Virus record (IMG/VR): IMGVR_UViG_3300036715_003541
Coordinates: 21,346-85,345 of that record
Strand: one strand, 5' to 3'
Source of the DNA: a virus
Length of the DNA: 64,000 bases
The translations under genes were made by a program, and so were the position numbers. A model generated the notes under the pieces. That model did no database searches. It worked only from the letters and a program-made list of their open reading frames with translations, and had not been told where the DNA came from. The first letter of the stretch is position 1. The number at the start of each line of letters is the position of its first letter. Below, piece by piece: positions 37,540 through 47,195 of this stretch.

Positions 37540-38091
37540 TTACTCTCTTAATAATGGTTCATGGAAAGATGTTCTTCGTGGCATATAATGCTCTGGCACA
37601 TTATCTATATGCAAAATCGTAGCATCAAAAGAACCACCAATAAAATAATCAACAAGCACACAGATACCATTATCTGATATTTCTAATAAATCGTACATTG
37701 ATATACTTCTAGATAAGTAATCATCTACTAATTTTTGTGATGTTCTAACACGAAGCATACGCATTGAATCATTGTCTTCTTCACAATATTTTTCAATAAA
37801 TAAGTTACCATACTCATCACCAAGCAATGTTAAAATAGGACCTTGTAGATATTCTAGATCTTCAATTACATCTGGTAACTTTACATTTGGATAAGGTATT
37901 CCTTCTTTTTTTGAAAGTTTAGGTCTACCATTTGGAGGCGTAGGTTTATCACTTGCTTGTATTTCTTCGCCTGTTTTTAATAAGGATAGAACATCTATAT
38001 ATCTATGGTAAATAAATATAAATAATATTTTAATCCATGAAAGAATCTTCGTCATCTTCAACCAATCCTTCATTAATAAGTTCATCCTCAA
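37540..38091 (-). CDS. Hypothetical protein (DUF6575-like C-terminal part); start uncertain
   Basis: GPILTLL.D..GNLF...YL...ISMYDLL...YMP pattern. The annotated N-terminus overlaps dnaE. Confidence 0.45.
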   Translation of the reverse strand: MRMNLLMKDWLKMTKILSWIKILFIFIYHRYIDVLSLLKTGEEIQASDKPTPPNGRPKLSKKEGIPYPNVKLPDVIEDLEYLQGPILTLLGDEYGNLFIEKYCEEDNDSMRMLRVRTSQKLVDDYLSRSISMYDLLEISDNGICVLVDYFIGGSFDATILHIDNVPEHYMPRRTSFHEPLLRE

Positions 38092-41000
38092 TAGAATCTA
38101 AATCACTTGAATTAGATTTGTTTGTTTTTAAGCTGACTTTTTTATGAGCCAATTCTTCTTTAGATGGAATTGGTGGTATTGGTAATACATCATAAATGCC
38201 ATTCAAAATAAGCCCCATTGTTTCGTTATACACATTTACAGTGCAGTAACTTTTAACAGCCACACCAGACTCTACTTTTATATCTTTCTTAATAAATGCA
38301 TTAAGTAATTTTTCCCAATCATCTGGGAAAACTGTTAAGTCTATTGTTTCATTATTCTTGTCTTCAACCATACATTTAGCCATTGTTCGACCAAAGTATT
38401 TAGAATCTTCTTTCTTAATCTTAAATGCAAAGAAATCTCTTAAAATAAAATGAAATGGATCAACAGGATACTTATCCCTCATTTTCTTTATATCAGCAAT
38501 TGTTTTATGCTGAGGCTTAAATAAAACAGAATATCCATCTTTTGTTGGGCAAGAAAAAGCCTCACCAATAAATTTAGTTTCTAAAGCAAACCTTTCTTGA
38601 ACAGTCCATTCTTTTTCTTTTGGAAATGGATACTCAAATTGCTTTTCTAATGGATCATTTTTCTTTAACCAAACTTGTAGCTTTTTACGATAGTCAGATG
38701 TATATAAATACATTGTTTTTCTATTCATCTTAAATCTATCAAAACCACCTGAAGCAATAATTGCTTGTATAGCATTCGCACGAACAGTACGAGAGTTACA
38801 GCGACACATAAAATCAAAATAACTTGTAAAAGGTCTGTTTTCAACAATGTTTTTTATAGCATCATCACCAACATTTTTTAAACCCTTAAAACCAGTAATT
38901 AACTGATTCTTATTATTTATACTATAATTATCTTCTGATTCATTTACATCTGGTGGTAAAATATTAACGTTTAACTTACGTAACTCATTCTTATATTTCA
39001 ACACATTCGCATCTGCATCTGGTGCGGAAGAATGACTTTCTTGAATTAAATTCGCTAACAAAAATTGAATTGGATAATTTGCTTTGTAATAAGCAGTATA
39101 ATAACTGATCATAGAATACATAATACTATGAGAAATATTAAAACCATAACCACCAAATGGTAAAACAACTTCATCCCAAATTTTAACAGAAATATCATCA
39201 GGTACATTATTCTTTGTAGAGTCATCAATAAATTCTTGGCGCCACTTTAAAGCTTTTTCTGGATTCTTACCTTTTTCTTTTGTAAGTTTACGTAAACGAT
39301 CCGCTTCATGCAAAGACCACCCGGCAATATCTTGCGCCAAATACATTAAAGATTCTTCATACAAACCAAAACCATAGGTTGCTCCAAAAGCCCGATTAAG
39401 TCTGGAGTCAATAAGTTTCAATGGTTTCCTGCCATCTCTTGTTGCAATGAAATCTGTTCTTATTTCTTTTGCAGAAGGACGAGCTAAAGCATTGATATGG
39501 CTAATATCTTCAATTGTTTTTGGTTTTATCTTTTTACAAAGTTCAGTTGTTCCACCAGATGTCCCCAATTGGAAAACCCCAAGAGTATTACCATCACATA
39601 ATAATTGATATGTTTTCTCATCATTAAATGGTATGTCATCAATGATTGGAGCTTTTTGACCTGACTTTTCAATAAGTTCATTTGTCATTGTTAAAATATC
39701 TAATGTAGATAATCCTAGTAAGTCCATTTTAACAAGCCCCATTGCCTCTGCATCATCTTTTGTTAGCTCAAGGGCAAGTGAGTTGTCTTTATCGTGGCGA
39801 AGCGGTACAAGTCCTTTTAAAGACCGTGCGCCTATTACTAAACCAGCAGCATGGGTTGACCAAGCTCTAATTTTACCAGAAATATCTTTGTATCTAAGAA
39901 TCTCTGGATACTTTTTACAATACTCAACAAATAAAGGGCATTTTTGATAAGCGGATTCTACATTACGAACTTCTTTATCAGAAATACTATCCGCAATTTC
40001 ATCACCAATTGTAACAGCTTCATCACGGCTTCCACCTAATTCACAAGCACGAGCAACGTCTCTTGCATATACTTTTGCTGTAACTGTATTTAAATTGGAA
40101 ACGTGAGCAACGTTGTTTGAACCATATTTGTTGATAATATATTCTTCAACTTCATGACGACGAGAAGTTGCAAAGTCAACGTCAATATCAGGGAATGATG
40201 TTTTTTCTTTATTGTGAAAACGAGCAAAGATAAGTTTATATTGAATTGGATCAGCTTTATGAATGTTGATAAGATAAGCAACCAAACAACCGCCAACAGA
40301 TCCACGACCAGGACCAACTGGAATGTTCTTTGACTTAGCCCAATTAATATAATCAGCAACAATCAACATGTAAGATGAAAAGCCATGAAATTCTAATACA
40401 TCTAGCTCTTCAACCAATCTATCTTCATAAACCTTTTCTTCTTCCTTTGACATTTCCCTTGAAAGAAATAAGCGGCTTAAACCTAAGTTACATTTATAGC
40501 GAAGATAAGATTTATCTTCTGATAATACCTGCACATCACTTGGTTGATTTGATAGCCATTGCTTATACTCAAAATAATCTTTTTCATCTGATACTGGAAA
40601 TATTGGCAGTTCTTTACCACTTGGGTTAGAGTGCTTTGGATTTATCCAATCAGGATTCTCACACAAATTAGCAAAGTAAACGCTATTATTTACAAATTCA
40701 ATCGCATCTTCTTTTGGGTAATTTCTAGCAAAAAAGTTAAAAACCTCTTCACCTGTTTTGAAATAAAAATCAGGATTTGGGAATTTTTTTCTGTAGTTAG
40801 AGAATTTATTTTGATGAGAGCCAATAGCTAAAAAAACATCATGTGTTTCATGATCTTCTTTATTTATGTAATGTGTATTTACAGTTGCAACAATCCTTAC
40901 ATTGTATTTTTTACCTAAATTGTAAATCTGACGATTCAAAAAGTTTTGATCAAATGCATTGTAATCATGAATCTCTGGTCTTTTAATATTTGTTGTTTGA

Positions 41001-41515
41001 ACTTCTAAACCAAGATTATCACCAAATAAAGAAATCAAACGCTCCAATGTTTTTTCAACATTTTCTTTGTTGTAAGACATTAGGTCTTTTGATAAGATTC
41101 CATTACCCGATCCTGTTAAACAAATTAAACCTTCGCTATATTTTTCTAGTAATGACCAGTCACAAACAGGAATGGCTTTTTTGTCTGTAAAGATGCCATT
41201 TTCAAATGCTTCTTTATTTAATTTCAATAAGTTAGAATATCCAACTTGATTTTTAGCCAACAATACAATAGACTTTAAAATATCTTCTTTGTTTTTATTA
41301 TCATCTGTAAAAGATAATTCAACGCCAATAATAAACTTAATGCCTGTATCTTTGTACAAATTGTACCCAGACCAAGCACTCGCTAATGAATTTGTATCAG
41401 TAATTCCTACTGACTTTTGATCCAATGTCTTTACTTTTTTAAATATTTCCTTAACAGTTGATAAGGATGATAATACAGAAAATTCACTATGATTATGAAG
41501 TGATACGAATTCCAT
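38030..41515 (-). CDS. dnaE: DNA polymerase III alpha subunit (family C)
   Basis: PHP (HNHSEFS, GITD, GVE), GRGSVGG, PDIDVDF, HAAG, KMDLLGL, GYGFN, HhH and OB domains. Likely start MEFVSL. Confidence 0.97.
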   Translation of the reverse strand: MEFVSLHNHSEFSVLSSLSTVKEIFKKVKTLDQKSVGITDTNSLASAWSGYNLYKDTGIKFIIGVELSFTDDNKNKEDILKSIVLLAKNQVGYSNLLKLNKEAFENGIFTDKKAIPVCDWSLLEKYSEGLICLTGSGNGILSKDLMSYNKENVEKTLERLISLFGDNLGLEVQTTNIKRPEIHDYNAFDQNFLNRQIYNLGKKYNVRIVATVNTHYINKEDHETHDVFLAIGSHQNKFSNYRKKFPNPDFYFKTGEEVFNFFARNYPKEDAIEFVNNSVYFANLCENPDWINPKHSNPSGKELPIFPVSDEKDYFEYKQWLSNQPSDVQVLSEDKSYLRYKCNLGLSRLFLSREMSKEEEKVYEDRLVEELDVLEFHGFSSYMLIVADYINWAKSKNIPVGPGRGSVGGCLVAYLINIHKADPIQYKLIFARFHNKEKTSFPDIDVDFATSRRHEVEEYIINKYGSNNVAHVSNLNTVTAKVYARDVARACELGGSRDEAVTIGDEIADSISDKEVRNVESAYQKCPLFVEYCKKYPEILRYKDISGKIRAWSTHAAGLVIGARSLKGLVPLRHDKDNSLALELTKDDAEAMGLVKMDLLGLSTLDILTMTNELIEKSGQKAPIIDDIPFNDEKTYQLLCDGNTLGVFQLGTSGGTTELCKKIKPKTIEDISHINALARPSAKEIRTDFIATRDGRKPLKLIDSRLNRAFGATYGFGLYEESLMYLAQDIAGWSLHEADRLRKLTKEKGKNPEKALKWRQEFIDDSTKNNVPDDISVKIWDEVVLPFGGYGFNISHSIMYSMISYYTAYYKANYPIQFLLANLIQESHSSAPDADANVLKYKNELRKLNVNILPPDVNESEDNYSINNKNQLITGFKGLKNVGDDAIKNIVENRPFTSYFDFMCRCNSRTVRANAIQAIIASGGFDRFKMNRKTMYLYTSDYRKKLQVWLKKNDPLEKQFEYPFPKEKEWTVQERFALETKFIGEAFSCPTKDGYSVLFKPQHKTIADIKKMRDKYPVDPFHFILRDFFAFKIKKEDSKYFGRTMAKCMVEDKNNETIDLTVFPDDWEKLLNAFIKKDIKVESGVAVKSYCTVNVYNETMGLILNGIYDVLPIPPIPSKEELAHKKVSLKTNKSNSSDLDSIEDELINEGLVEDDEDSFMD

Positions 41516-41617
41516 GTTGTCTTTCTTTACCCTTTTAAAAGCCACTTATATTTCAAAGCATTACTGACGACGTGCCAGTGCAAGAGCGTTTTTGAACACC
41601 AGCTTCCCGTCCAGGGT

Positions 41618-42211
41618 TCAAGCGTCACTATAACCAAGCAATTCGGGGGTCAATTCAAAATCATTCCCTCTTATTTTTTCAATAACCAAAAACTTATTCT
41701 TCCAAGCTTTTTTGTTTTTGGATTTCTGCAATAATATTTTCTTCAATCTATCATATTTTGTATATTTATGTCTTAATAAAAAATGAGAAAGTAATGAAAT
41801 ATCATTCCAATAATATTGCACCAATTTGTATGTTTTTTTATATAGCTTTTTTTTATAATTTGTTCGGTTTGTTTTTTTGTTTAAATTTGATTTTGCAATA
41901 ATTTTTGATATTTGAGTTAAATCAAAAGAAGATGGTCTTTTTAAGAAAAAAGGTAATTTGGAGTTTCCAGTAGACAAATAATAATGGTAACTTTCAGAAG
42001 CTAAACCAGCATAGAAAAATTGTATTATTTTTAAAGCATATTTATCATCATCAGATTGATAATCTATATAAAAAGTTTCACCATGAATATACTTTTTGCT
42101 ATGCATAGAAATAGAATCAATAAACAAACAATGATGTAAACCAATGATAGCATGTGCTGCTTCATGGAAAGCCAACAAAATTTTTTCATATACCAAGCCT
42201 GTATTTCTCAT
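41618..42211 (-). CDS. Stand-alone M41 (FtsH-like) zinc peptidase domain
   Basis: AFHEAAHAIIG (HExxH), YAGLASE (third ligand), SSFDL. Confidence 0.7.
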   Translation of the reverse strand: MRNTGLVYEKILLAFHEAAHAIIGLHHCLFIDSISMHSKKYIHGETFYIDYQSDDDKYALKIIQFFYAGLASESYHYYLSTGNSKLPFFLKRPSSFDLTQISKIIAKSNLNKKTNRTNYKKKLYKKTYKLVQYYWNDISLLSHFLLRHKYTKYDRLKKILLQKSKNKKAWKNKFLVIEKIRGNDFELTPELLGYSDA

Positions 42212-42231
42212 TTTTATTACTTCCTAACGAT

Positions 42232-42277
42232 TGGAGCGTTCAGTCGAACTCGAACCAAAAACAACTAGAATGGAAAC
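42232..42277 (-). pseudogene. tRNA-Gly(TCC) 3' half remnant
   Basis: Minus strand TT-TCC-AT-TCTAG-TTGTT-TTTGG-TTCGAGT-TCGAC-TGAACGC-T-CCA: canonical spacing from anticodon to CCA, U discriminator, mismatched T-stem, no 5' half. Confidence 0.6.
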
Positions 42278-42283
42278 CCACTA

Positions 42284-42765
42284 ATTATCCTAAAAATACC
42301 ATTTTGTATTTTAAATACGTTTTTATTTTTAAATCTTCTGATTTAATATTTTGCGCCAATCTTTTATAATTAAAAGTATCATGTAAACTAACTCTATTAT
42401 TACTAGTGCACCAATTAAACAATATCCATATTTCTTATGTCTCACCAATGTCCCGCGCTTTATTCCAAGACTCATTGTTGATCCATATTTCTTACGAATA
42501 CATCCTTTTGATGGTATTAATACATGTAACTACCTTCTGGAAAATACTAATGGTTCTAAATATGTTAATCTTTTATTCTCTGGTAACTTATCGCCACCTA
42601 AAACTAAATTACATAATGTCCAACTATCTACAGCATGTGCCTCAAATATTTTATCCAATTTCTTTGAAGTTTTCTTTAAATTAAGTCTTTGACGCTCATT
42701 ATTCTTGCTCTTTTTTCCGAACAAGGCATTAATGACTTTTTATTTTTATCTAATACTGGTATCAT
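42284..42765 (-). pseudogene. isrB: IsrB (RRXRR/PLMP, IscB family) nuclease pseudogene
   Basis: MIPVLDKNKKSLMPCSEKRARIM (PLMP) is joined by a large deletion to LKKTSKKL..FEAHAVDSW..RR*LH..KYGSTMSLGIKRGTLV..RVSLH..KRLAQN. Includes a premature TAG at 42530 and a 1-nt frameshift near 42408. Confidence 0.8.
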
Positions 42766-42769
42766 ACTT

Positions 42770-42998
42770 TATCTTTGTTGCGCTTACGCGCCTTGTTTTA
42801 ATTTCTCTTCGCTACTCGTCAATATAGGGAAAAAGGACTAGAGAGGTATCCTTAATGTATAATGGTCTACCACGACCTATTGACTTAGTTGACTTCAAAT
42901 AACCCTGCTTACGCATGATTTTGTCTAAGCTAATCTCCATTTACTTTACTTAGTCTTGGTTAAAGTTTTCATAAAGCACCTATTGCTAGGCTGTTGAT
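42770..42998 (-). ncRNA. omega-RNA-like scaffold upstream of isrB
   Basis: About 230 nt of non-coding, GC-elevated sequence with ATCAACAGCCTAGCAATAGGTGCTT, GATTAGCTTAGAC, GATACCTCTCTAGTC...GCGAAGAGA and GCGC-GTAA-GCGC hairpins, resembling IscB/IsrB omega-RNAs. Confidence 0.65.
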
Positions 42999-43032
42999 AT
43001 TCTATTGATATTTTTTTCTTAATTTTGTTAGA

Positions 43033-43311
43033 TTACTCATGCAATTTTAAAATATTTTCTATGTTTGATATTACATAATTTGTATCTTTGTTTTTGAATT
43101 TCAATGTTAATTTATTTTGACCAATTGTACCTGTAATAATGCAGTCATCATTTTCCATGTAAATAATTCCATTTTTTGTAAAATGTGACAATTCATTAAA
43201 ATGAAAAGAAGCCAGATGAGATATTGTTAATATACTCGCTGGCTTCTCCAATATAAATATAATGCTTTGAGCACCACAGCATGAATTAATTGATAGCTTT
43301 TCAAATTTCAT
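43033..43311 (-). CDS. Hypothetical protein
   Basis: 92 aa, SCCG motif, preceded by GCAT-N6-ATG. Confidence 0.55.
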   Translation of the reverse strand: MKFEKLSINSCCGAQSIIFILEKPASILTISHLASFHFNELSHFTKNGIIYMENDDCIITGTIGQNKLTLKFKNKDTNYVISNIENILKLHE

Positions 43312-43325
43312 GCATAGATGCTGTC

Positions 43326-43631
43326 TTATTCTTTTTCTTCAGAGGAATCTAAATCGATACCTCTACTTTCCATTAGCCATAAGCAATATTGAATTTTGGC
43401 TGATTGCACACCTTTTGCTTCATTGTAAGGACCATTTAAATCCTTTATAATTGCTTTTGCTGCATTTAGTTTTTCATCAACTGCTTTTTCTTTTTGAATG
43501 GTATAAATATTGCCTTCACAATCTACGATGATTTTTTTCAAATCTTTTGTATCTACAGATTGTATTTCATCAATCCAGCCAGTGGGTAGTTTTTTTGCTA
43601 ATTTTTGTGGGAATTCATTTTCATCTGACAT
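43326..43631 (-). CDS. Hypothetical coiled-coil protein
   Basis: 101 aa helical ORF in the operon. Confidence 0.6.
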   Translation of the reverse strand: MSDENEFPQKLAKKLPTGWIDEIQSVDTKDLKKIIVDCEGNIYTIQKEKAVDEKLNAAKAIIKDLNGPYNEAKGVQSAKIQYCLWLMESRGIDLDSSEEKE

Positions 43632-43648
43632 AATAATTACTTTCTAAA

Positions 43649-44899
43649 TCAAGGTAGCAAAATCGTACGTTTAGCCAATGTTTCTAAAACGTGTATGTTT
43701 CTTATTTTTTCAAACATCAATTGAATTGTTCCATTATCTTGGGCATTACGTATAATCTTCTCAAAATAATTTTCTTGACCAGACTTTCTAGCTTGTTGAT
43801 ACAACATATCTAAAACTTCAGTATCTGATAAGAATGCCTCAGGATCATTCATTTGAATAGCTCCCAAGATAAGTGAAAGCTTTAAAGCTCTTTCTGCAAT
43901 AGTTAAGAATTGATCTTTCACAGATTGTGGTACAGAATCATAATCAGCACCCATAGATTTTAATTGTGCCTTTGCTTGTCTTTCAGACAAAAATGCAGGT
44001 ACTTTAAAATCATGCATATCGATAAGTTTATCACCAACAGCATCATTTACTTTTTGTTGCAATTCCAAGCCAATTTGTTCATGAACAAAATTGCTAATCA
44101 CACCTTTTAATTCTTCGATTGAAGAGTATCCGGATTTCTTAGCCAATTCATCATCCAAAGGTGATGGTATTGATTTTGATCCAGCTAAAAGAGTAACTTC
44201 AACTTCAACTTTTTGGTCACCTAACTCAACCAATAATTTTGATTTGTCATTTAAAACAAAACGTCTTGTTTCTGTTAGTTTCATCCCCAATAAATTGGTG
44301 TCAAATTCTGGTATTTTTGAAAAACCAACATCAATCATTTCCCCCTCTTGAGAAAGTTCTTTTTTAAGAACTCCATCAAAGAAATAATAAACATCAATGA
44401 TTATAGAATCATTTGTTTGAATGAAATCTTCTTCTGTAAAAGAAACGATATCTGAAAATTTCCTTCTTACATCTTCTAGCTTTTGTTGGACAATTGCCTC
44501 TGCATCTGCTGAAGAATAAGGTTTAGGAACTTCTAAAGAAGATAAATCTTGAAGATCAAATGTTGGTGCACTTTCTACGATAAAAGTACATTCAAATTGA
44601 TCTTTGTCAATTTTGATATCCAATGGTGTTTGATTGATTGGTTTTAGTTTTTGATCAATAACAACATCATTGAAAGCTTCTTCAACATAAGCTTGTTTTA
44701 AAGCTTCATCAATTTGTTTTTTGTAATAAGAAATTACAGTTGCTTCTGGCGTTTTGCCTTTTCGATTGCCTGGTACTGGCGCTGATTTGAATGCCTTTAT
44801 TACATTTCTTTTTTTATCAGACATTTTTTTATCTGATAATGAGCATTTATAATTTATTTTTTGTTTACAATATTCTAATTCTTGCGATTCAATTTGCAT
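43649..44899 (-). CDS. tig: Trigger factor (ribosome-associated chaperone/PPIase) homolog
   Basis: 416 aa. VPGNRKGKTP (GFRxGxxP variant), FKBP-like IPEFDTNLLGMK, LDDELAK..SIEELK, C-terminal chaperone domain. Confidence 0.85.
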   Translation of the reverse strand: MQIESQELEYCKQKINYKCSLSDKKMSDKKRNVIKAFKSAPVPGNRKGKTPEATVISYYKKQIDEALKQAYVEEAFNDVVIDQKLKPINQTPLDIKIDKDQFECTFIVESAPTFDLQDLSSLEVPKPYSSADAEAIVQQKLEDVRRKFSDIVSFTEEDFIQTNDSIIIDVYYFFDGVLKKELSQEGEMIDVGFSKIPEFDTNLLGMKLTETRRFVLNDKSKLLVELGDQKVEVEVTLLAGSKSIPSPLDDELAKKSGYSSIEELKGVISNFVHEQIGLELQQKVNDAVGDKLIDMHDFKVPAFLSERQAKAQLKSMGADYDSVPQSVKDQFLTIAERALKLSLILGAIQMNDPEAFLSDTEVLDMLYQQARKSGQENYFEKIIRNAQDNGTIQLMFEKIRNIHVLETLAKRTILLP

Positions 44900-44906
44900 T
44901 TTGTTT

Positions 44907-45788
44907 TCACCAATTTATTTCACCAAATTTGTTTTTATTTTTGAAAGAACTCATTCTTGCCTTAAATTCCATACCAGGTTTACAATAATGATCTGGATCT
45001 TCATTGTATTCTGAGAATTCGCAATAACTGCATAATGGAGTTACTGTAGGCTCATAACGTAGCTCTTCCCTGATTTGTGCGCCGTACTGCTTATATTTAT
45101 CGTGGATCGTGACGATCTCATCTAAATTAAATTCAACAGTGACATGCTCGAAATTGTTTCTAAGCAAAACATAACTTGCTCGTACTTTTGTTAATGTTGG
45201 ATCATCTTTCCACATTACATAAGCATATGTTAATAATTGAAAATAATCTTTTACAAGATATTTTGAATTCTTAGATGTTTTATAATCCGCAACATGAACA
45301 ACCCCATCAGGATCTATTTGAACCTTATCGATCATGCCATTTAAAATAACTTCATCATCAATATTAATATTGAATTGCTTTTCAACGCCAATAACTTTTT
45401 CTACTTTATTTTCTTTTTCAAGTAAAGCCATTCTTTCAAGATATTTTTTCATAATATCTTTTACTTCAGCTTTTTGCTCTGGTGTTAATTTCTCACGATA
45501 TTCTTCCAAAGCGCTTTTAAAAGCTTTCGTCATCACTACATTATGAGGTTCTGTTGAACCTTCCATGTAAAACAAGTGAAAGTCTTCTAAAACTTTGTGT
45601 GCGAATCTACCAAAAATATGATGCTCCCACTCTTTTGTGGGCATCTTTTTAATGTAAACAAATTCAAATTTTTTCTTACATGATAAATATGTTTTTGTTT
45701 TTGAAACACTTAACTTTAATATTGGTAAATGTTTTTTTTCAGGTTCTGTTTCTTGATTTTTTGTTATATTATATTCTTTTTCAGGCAT
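44907..45788 (-). CDS. PD-(D/E)XK exonuclease (RecB/AddB/Cas4-like, Fe-S Cys)
   Basis: LSVSK..TYLSC, G.FAHKVLE, GMIDKV, ADYKTS, QLLTYA, CSYC..C. Confidence 0.85.
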   Translation of the reverse strand: MPEKEYNITKNQETEPEKKHLPILKLSVSKTKTYLSCKKKFEFVYIKKMPTKEWEHHIFGRFAHKVLEDFHLFYMEGSTEPHNVVMTKAFKSALEEYREKLTPEQKAEVKDIMKKYLERMALLEKENKVEKVIGVEKQFNINIDDEVILNGMIDKVQIDPDGVVHVADYKTSKNSKYLVKDYFQLLTYAYVMWKDDPTLTKVRASYVLLRNNFEHVTVEFNLDEIVTIHDKYKQYGAQIREELRYEPTVTPLCSYCEFSEYNEDPDHYCKPGMEFKARMSSFKNKNKFGEINW

Positions 45789-45823
45789 TGCATATAATAT
45801 ATATCAGTCGAAAAAGTAAGGTA

Positions 45824-46819
45824 TCAAAATAGATAACGCCTCATGCCTGGATACCATTTGAAAACAAATCCACAAGAATTTGGAGCACGTGAAAAAATAA
45901 CATTTTCCAAATGACCACTATTTTCTGAAGGTGTATAATTATATTTTGAAATAATCCAGCGCAAAGACCTTGAGTCAAAATAATAATGTGTATATGTATT
46001 ATCTTTTGAATTATAAAATTGTCTCACCAAACTACCTGTTGGAGAAGTTGTGTCTTTTGAAGCAATAAAATAATCATTGCGAGGTGATTTTGTTTTATTT
46101 ACAATTGGTGGTATAGAGAAATTTGTTGTATGAATAAGTGGCGGATCTTCTGGGTTTTGATCTTCTACATTATGATAAATAACCATTGACTTTGGATTAA
46201 ATAACATCTTTGAATAAAATGTTTCTTCAACAGCTGGGGGATCTTTTATATAAGTAACTGTACCAGGCAATGTACCAACATTTGGCAATAAAGGTTTGTT
46301 TTGACGATCACTTATTGTATATATTTTATTGTTTGATTCAATGTAATTATTATTTGTAAACCCAGAAGGATTTCCATCATTATCAAAACCCGTAGAAACA
46401 AGAGGCTGCGATGGGTCGCTTATATTCAATCCTGAGCCCCCTTCAGGGATAATGACCGAAGTATGCGGTTGCACACCGGAACCAAAGGGAAACGTCATGT
46501 AAGGTAGCTCTGTGCCCACTGCCTGAGAATTGGTTGATCTTATATTGCGAACATTATCACCATTTTCAGCACTATACGTTTCTGTTAGTATTGGAGAAGA
46601 ATCAATGCCATTTGATGCTAATACTTTTAAAGTAACTGTTGTTTTATTTGTTGGTAAAAGAAGAGTATCTATGTATTGCTCTGAATACAAAGTTGGATCA
46701 GTACCATCCAATGTATAAAAAATAATACAAGGAATATTGGCTGTTATTTTTACGTATTTTGGAATACCAACAATAATGCCTTCTTTAGATTCTGTGATTT
46801 GAACGGAAATAACTGACAT
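45824..46819 (-). CDS. Protein with N-terminal Fn3-associated/chitobiase-like Ig domain
   Basis: IFYTLDGTDP...Y...L..LKVLA; likely virion-associated. Confidence 0.6.
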   Translation of the reverse strand: MSVISVQITESKEGIIVGIPKYVKITANIPCIIFYTLDGTDPTLYSEQYIDTLLLPTNKTTVTLKVLASNGIDSSPILTETYSAENGDNVRNIRSTNSQAVGTELPYMTFPFGSGVQPHTSVIIPEGGSGLNISDPSQPLVSTGFDNDGNPSGFTNNNYIESNNKIYTISDRQNKPLLPNVGTLPGTVTYIKDPPAVEETFYSKMLFNPKSMVIYHNVEDQNPEDPPLIHTTNFSIPPIVNKTKSPRNDYFIASKDTTSPTGSLVRQFYNSKDNTYTHYYFDSRSLRWIISKYNYTPSENSGHLENVIFSRAPNSCGFVFKWYPGMRRYLF

Positions 46820-46820
46820 A

Positions 46821-47159
46821 TTAAACCAAGTTAAAGAATTTTTTATTTTTATTTACAAAACCCTTGGACAATAAAAACCTGTAAATTTGATTAGCAGCAC
46901 GTCGAAATATTTCTGCTATTTCAAAATATTCTTTAACACCCTCTCTTCTGTATGCAATCAAAAACTCATTATAATAATAATGATACTCTTGATCGGGGGA
47001 CTTGTTATTTGTCCACTTAATATCCTTTATACCCAAAGTAAAAGAACATGAACAAACTTTCACTTTATTCATGCCAGAATCAATAAGATACTCCAAAAAT
47101 TTAGTGTCACCTAAATTCTTGTATTTACTTAATACTTCATTTTTGAAGTTGGATTGCAT
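46821..47159 (-). CDS. Hypothetical protein
   Basis: 112 aa, preceded by GCAT-N8-ATG. Confidence 0.55.
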   Translation of the reverse strand: MQSNFKNEVLSKYKNLGDTKFLEYLIDSGMNKVKVCSCSFTLGIKDIKWTNNKSPDQEYHYYYNEFLIAYRREGVKEYFEIAEIFRRAANQIYRFLLSKGFVNKNKKFFNLV

Positions 47160-47195
47160 TTGTTTAAATGCATAATAATTGATTACTATCGATTA

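Larger units (their letters stand above)
42275..42998 (-). mobile_element. Decayed IS200/IS605-family (IsrB) element
   Basis: omega-RNA plus isrB remnant; no TnpA present. Ends are approximate. Confidence 0.65.

Noticed and set aside
38030-41515. Inteins or introns in DnaE (also checked RecA and TerL)
   Set aside because: Lengths are ordinary and no C-terminal HN-C/S/T or LAGLIDADG blocks were seen. RecA has only a short ~20-aa insertion.
41592-41620. Resemblance to SRP RNA helix 8 (GAACC..GG..GGAAGC)
   Set aside because: It lacks the CAGG/AGCAG symmetric loop and the long flanking stem. Kept only as a generic structured leader.
42530-42532. In-frame TAG suggesting stop-codon recoding
   Set aside because: It lies in a pseudogene that also has a deletion and a frameshift. 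TAG ends intact genes (51073, 53874), and gene density is already full under code 11.
44907-45788. Cas4-like nuclease as a sign of a CRISPR-Cas locus
   Set aside because: No repeat-spacer array or other cas genes were seen in the window, and stand-alone PD-(D/E)XK nucleases are common in phages.
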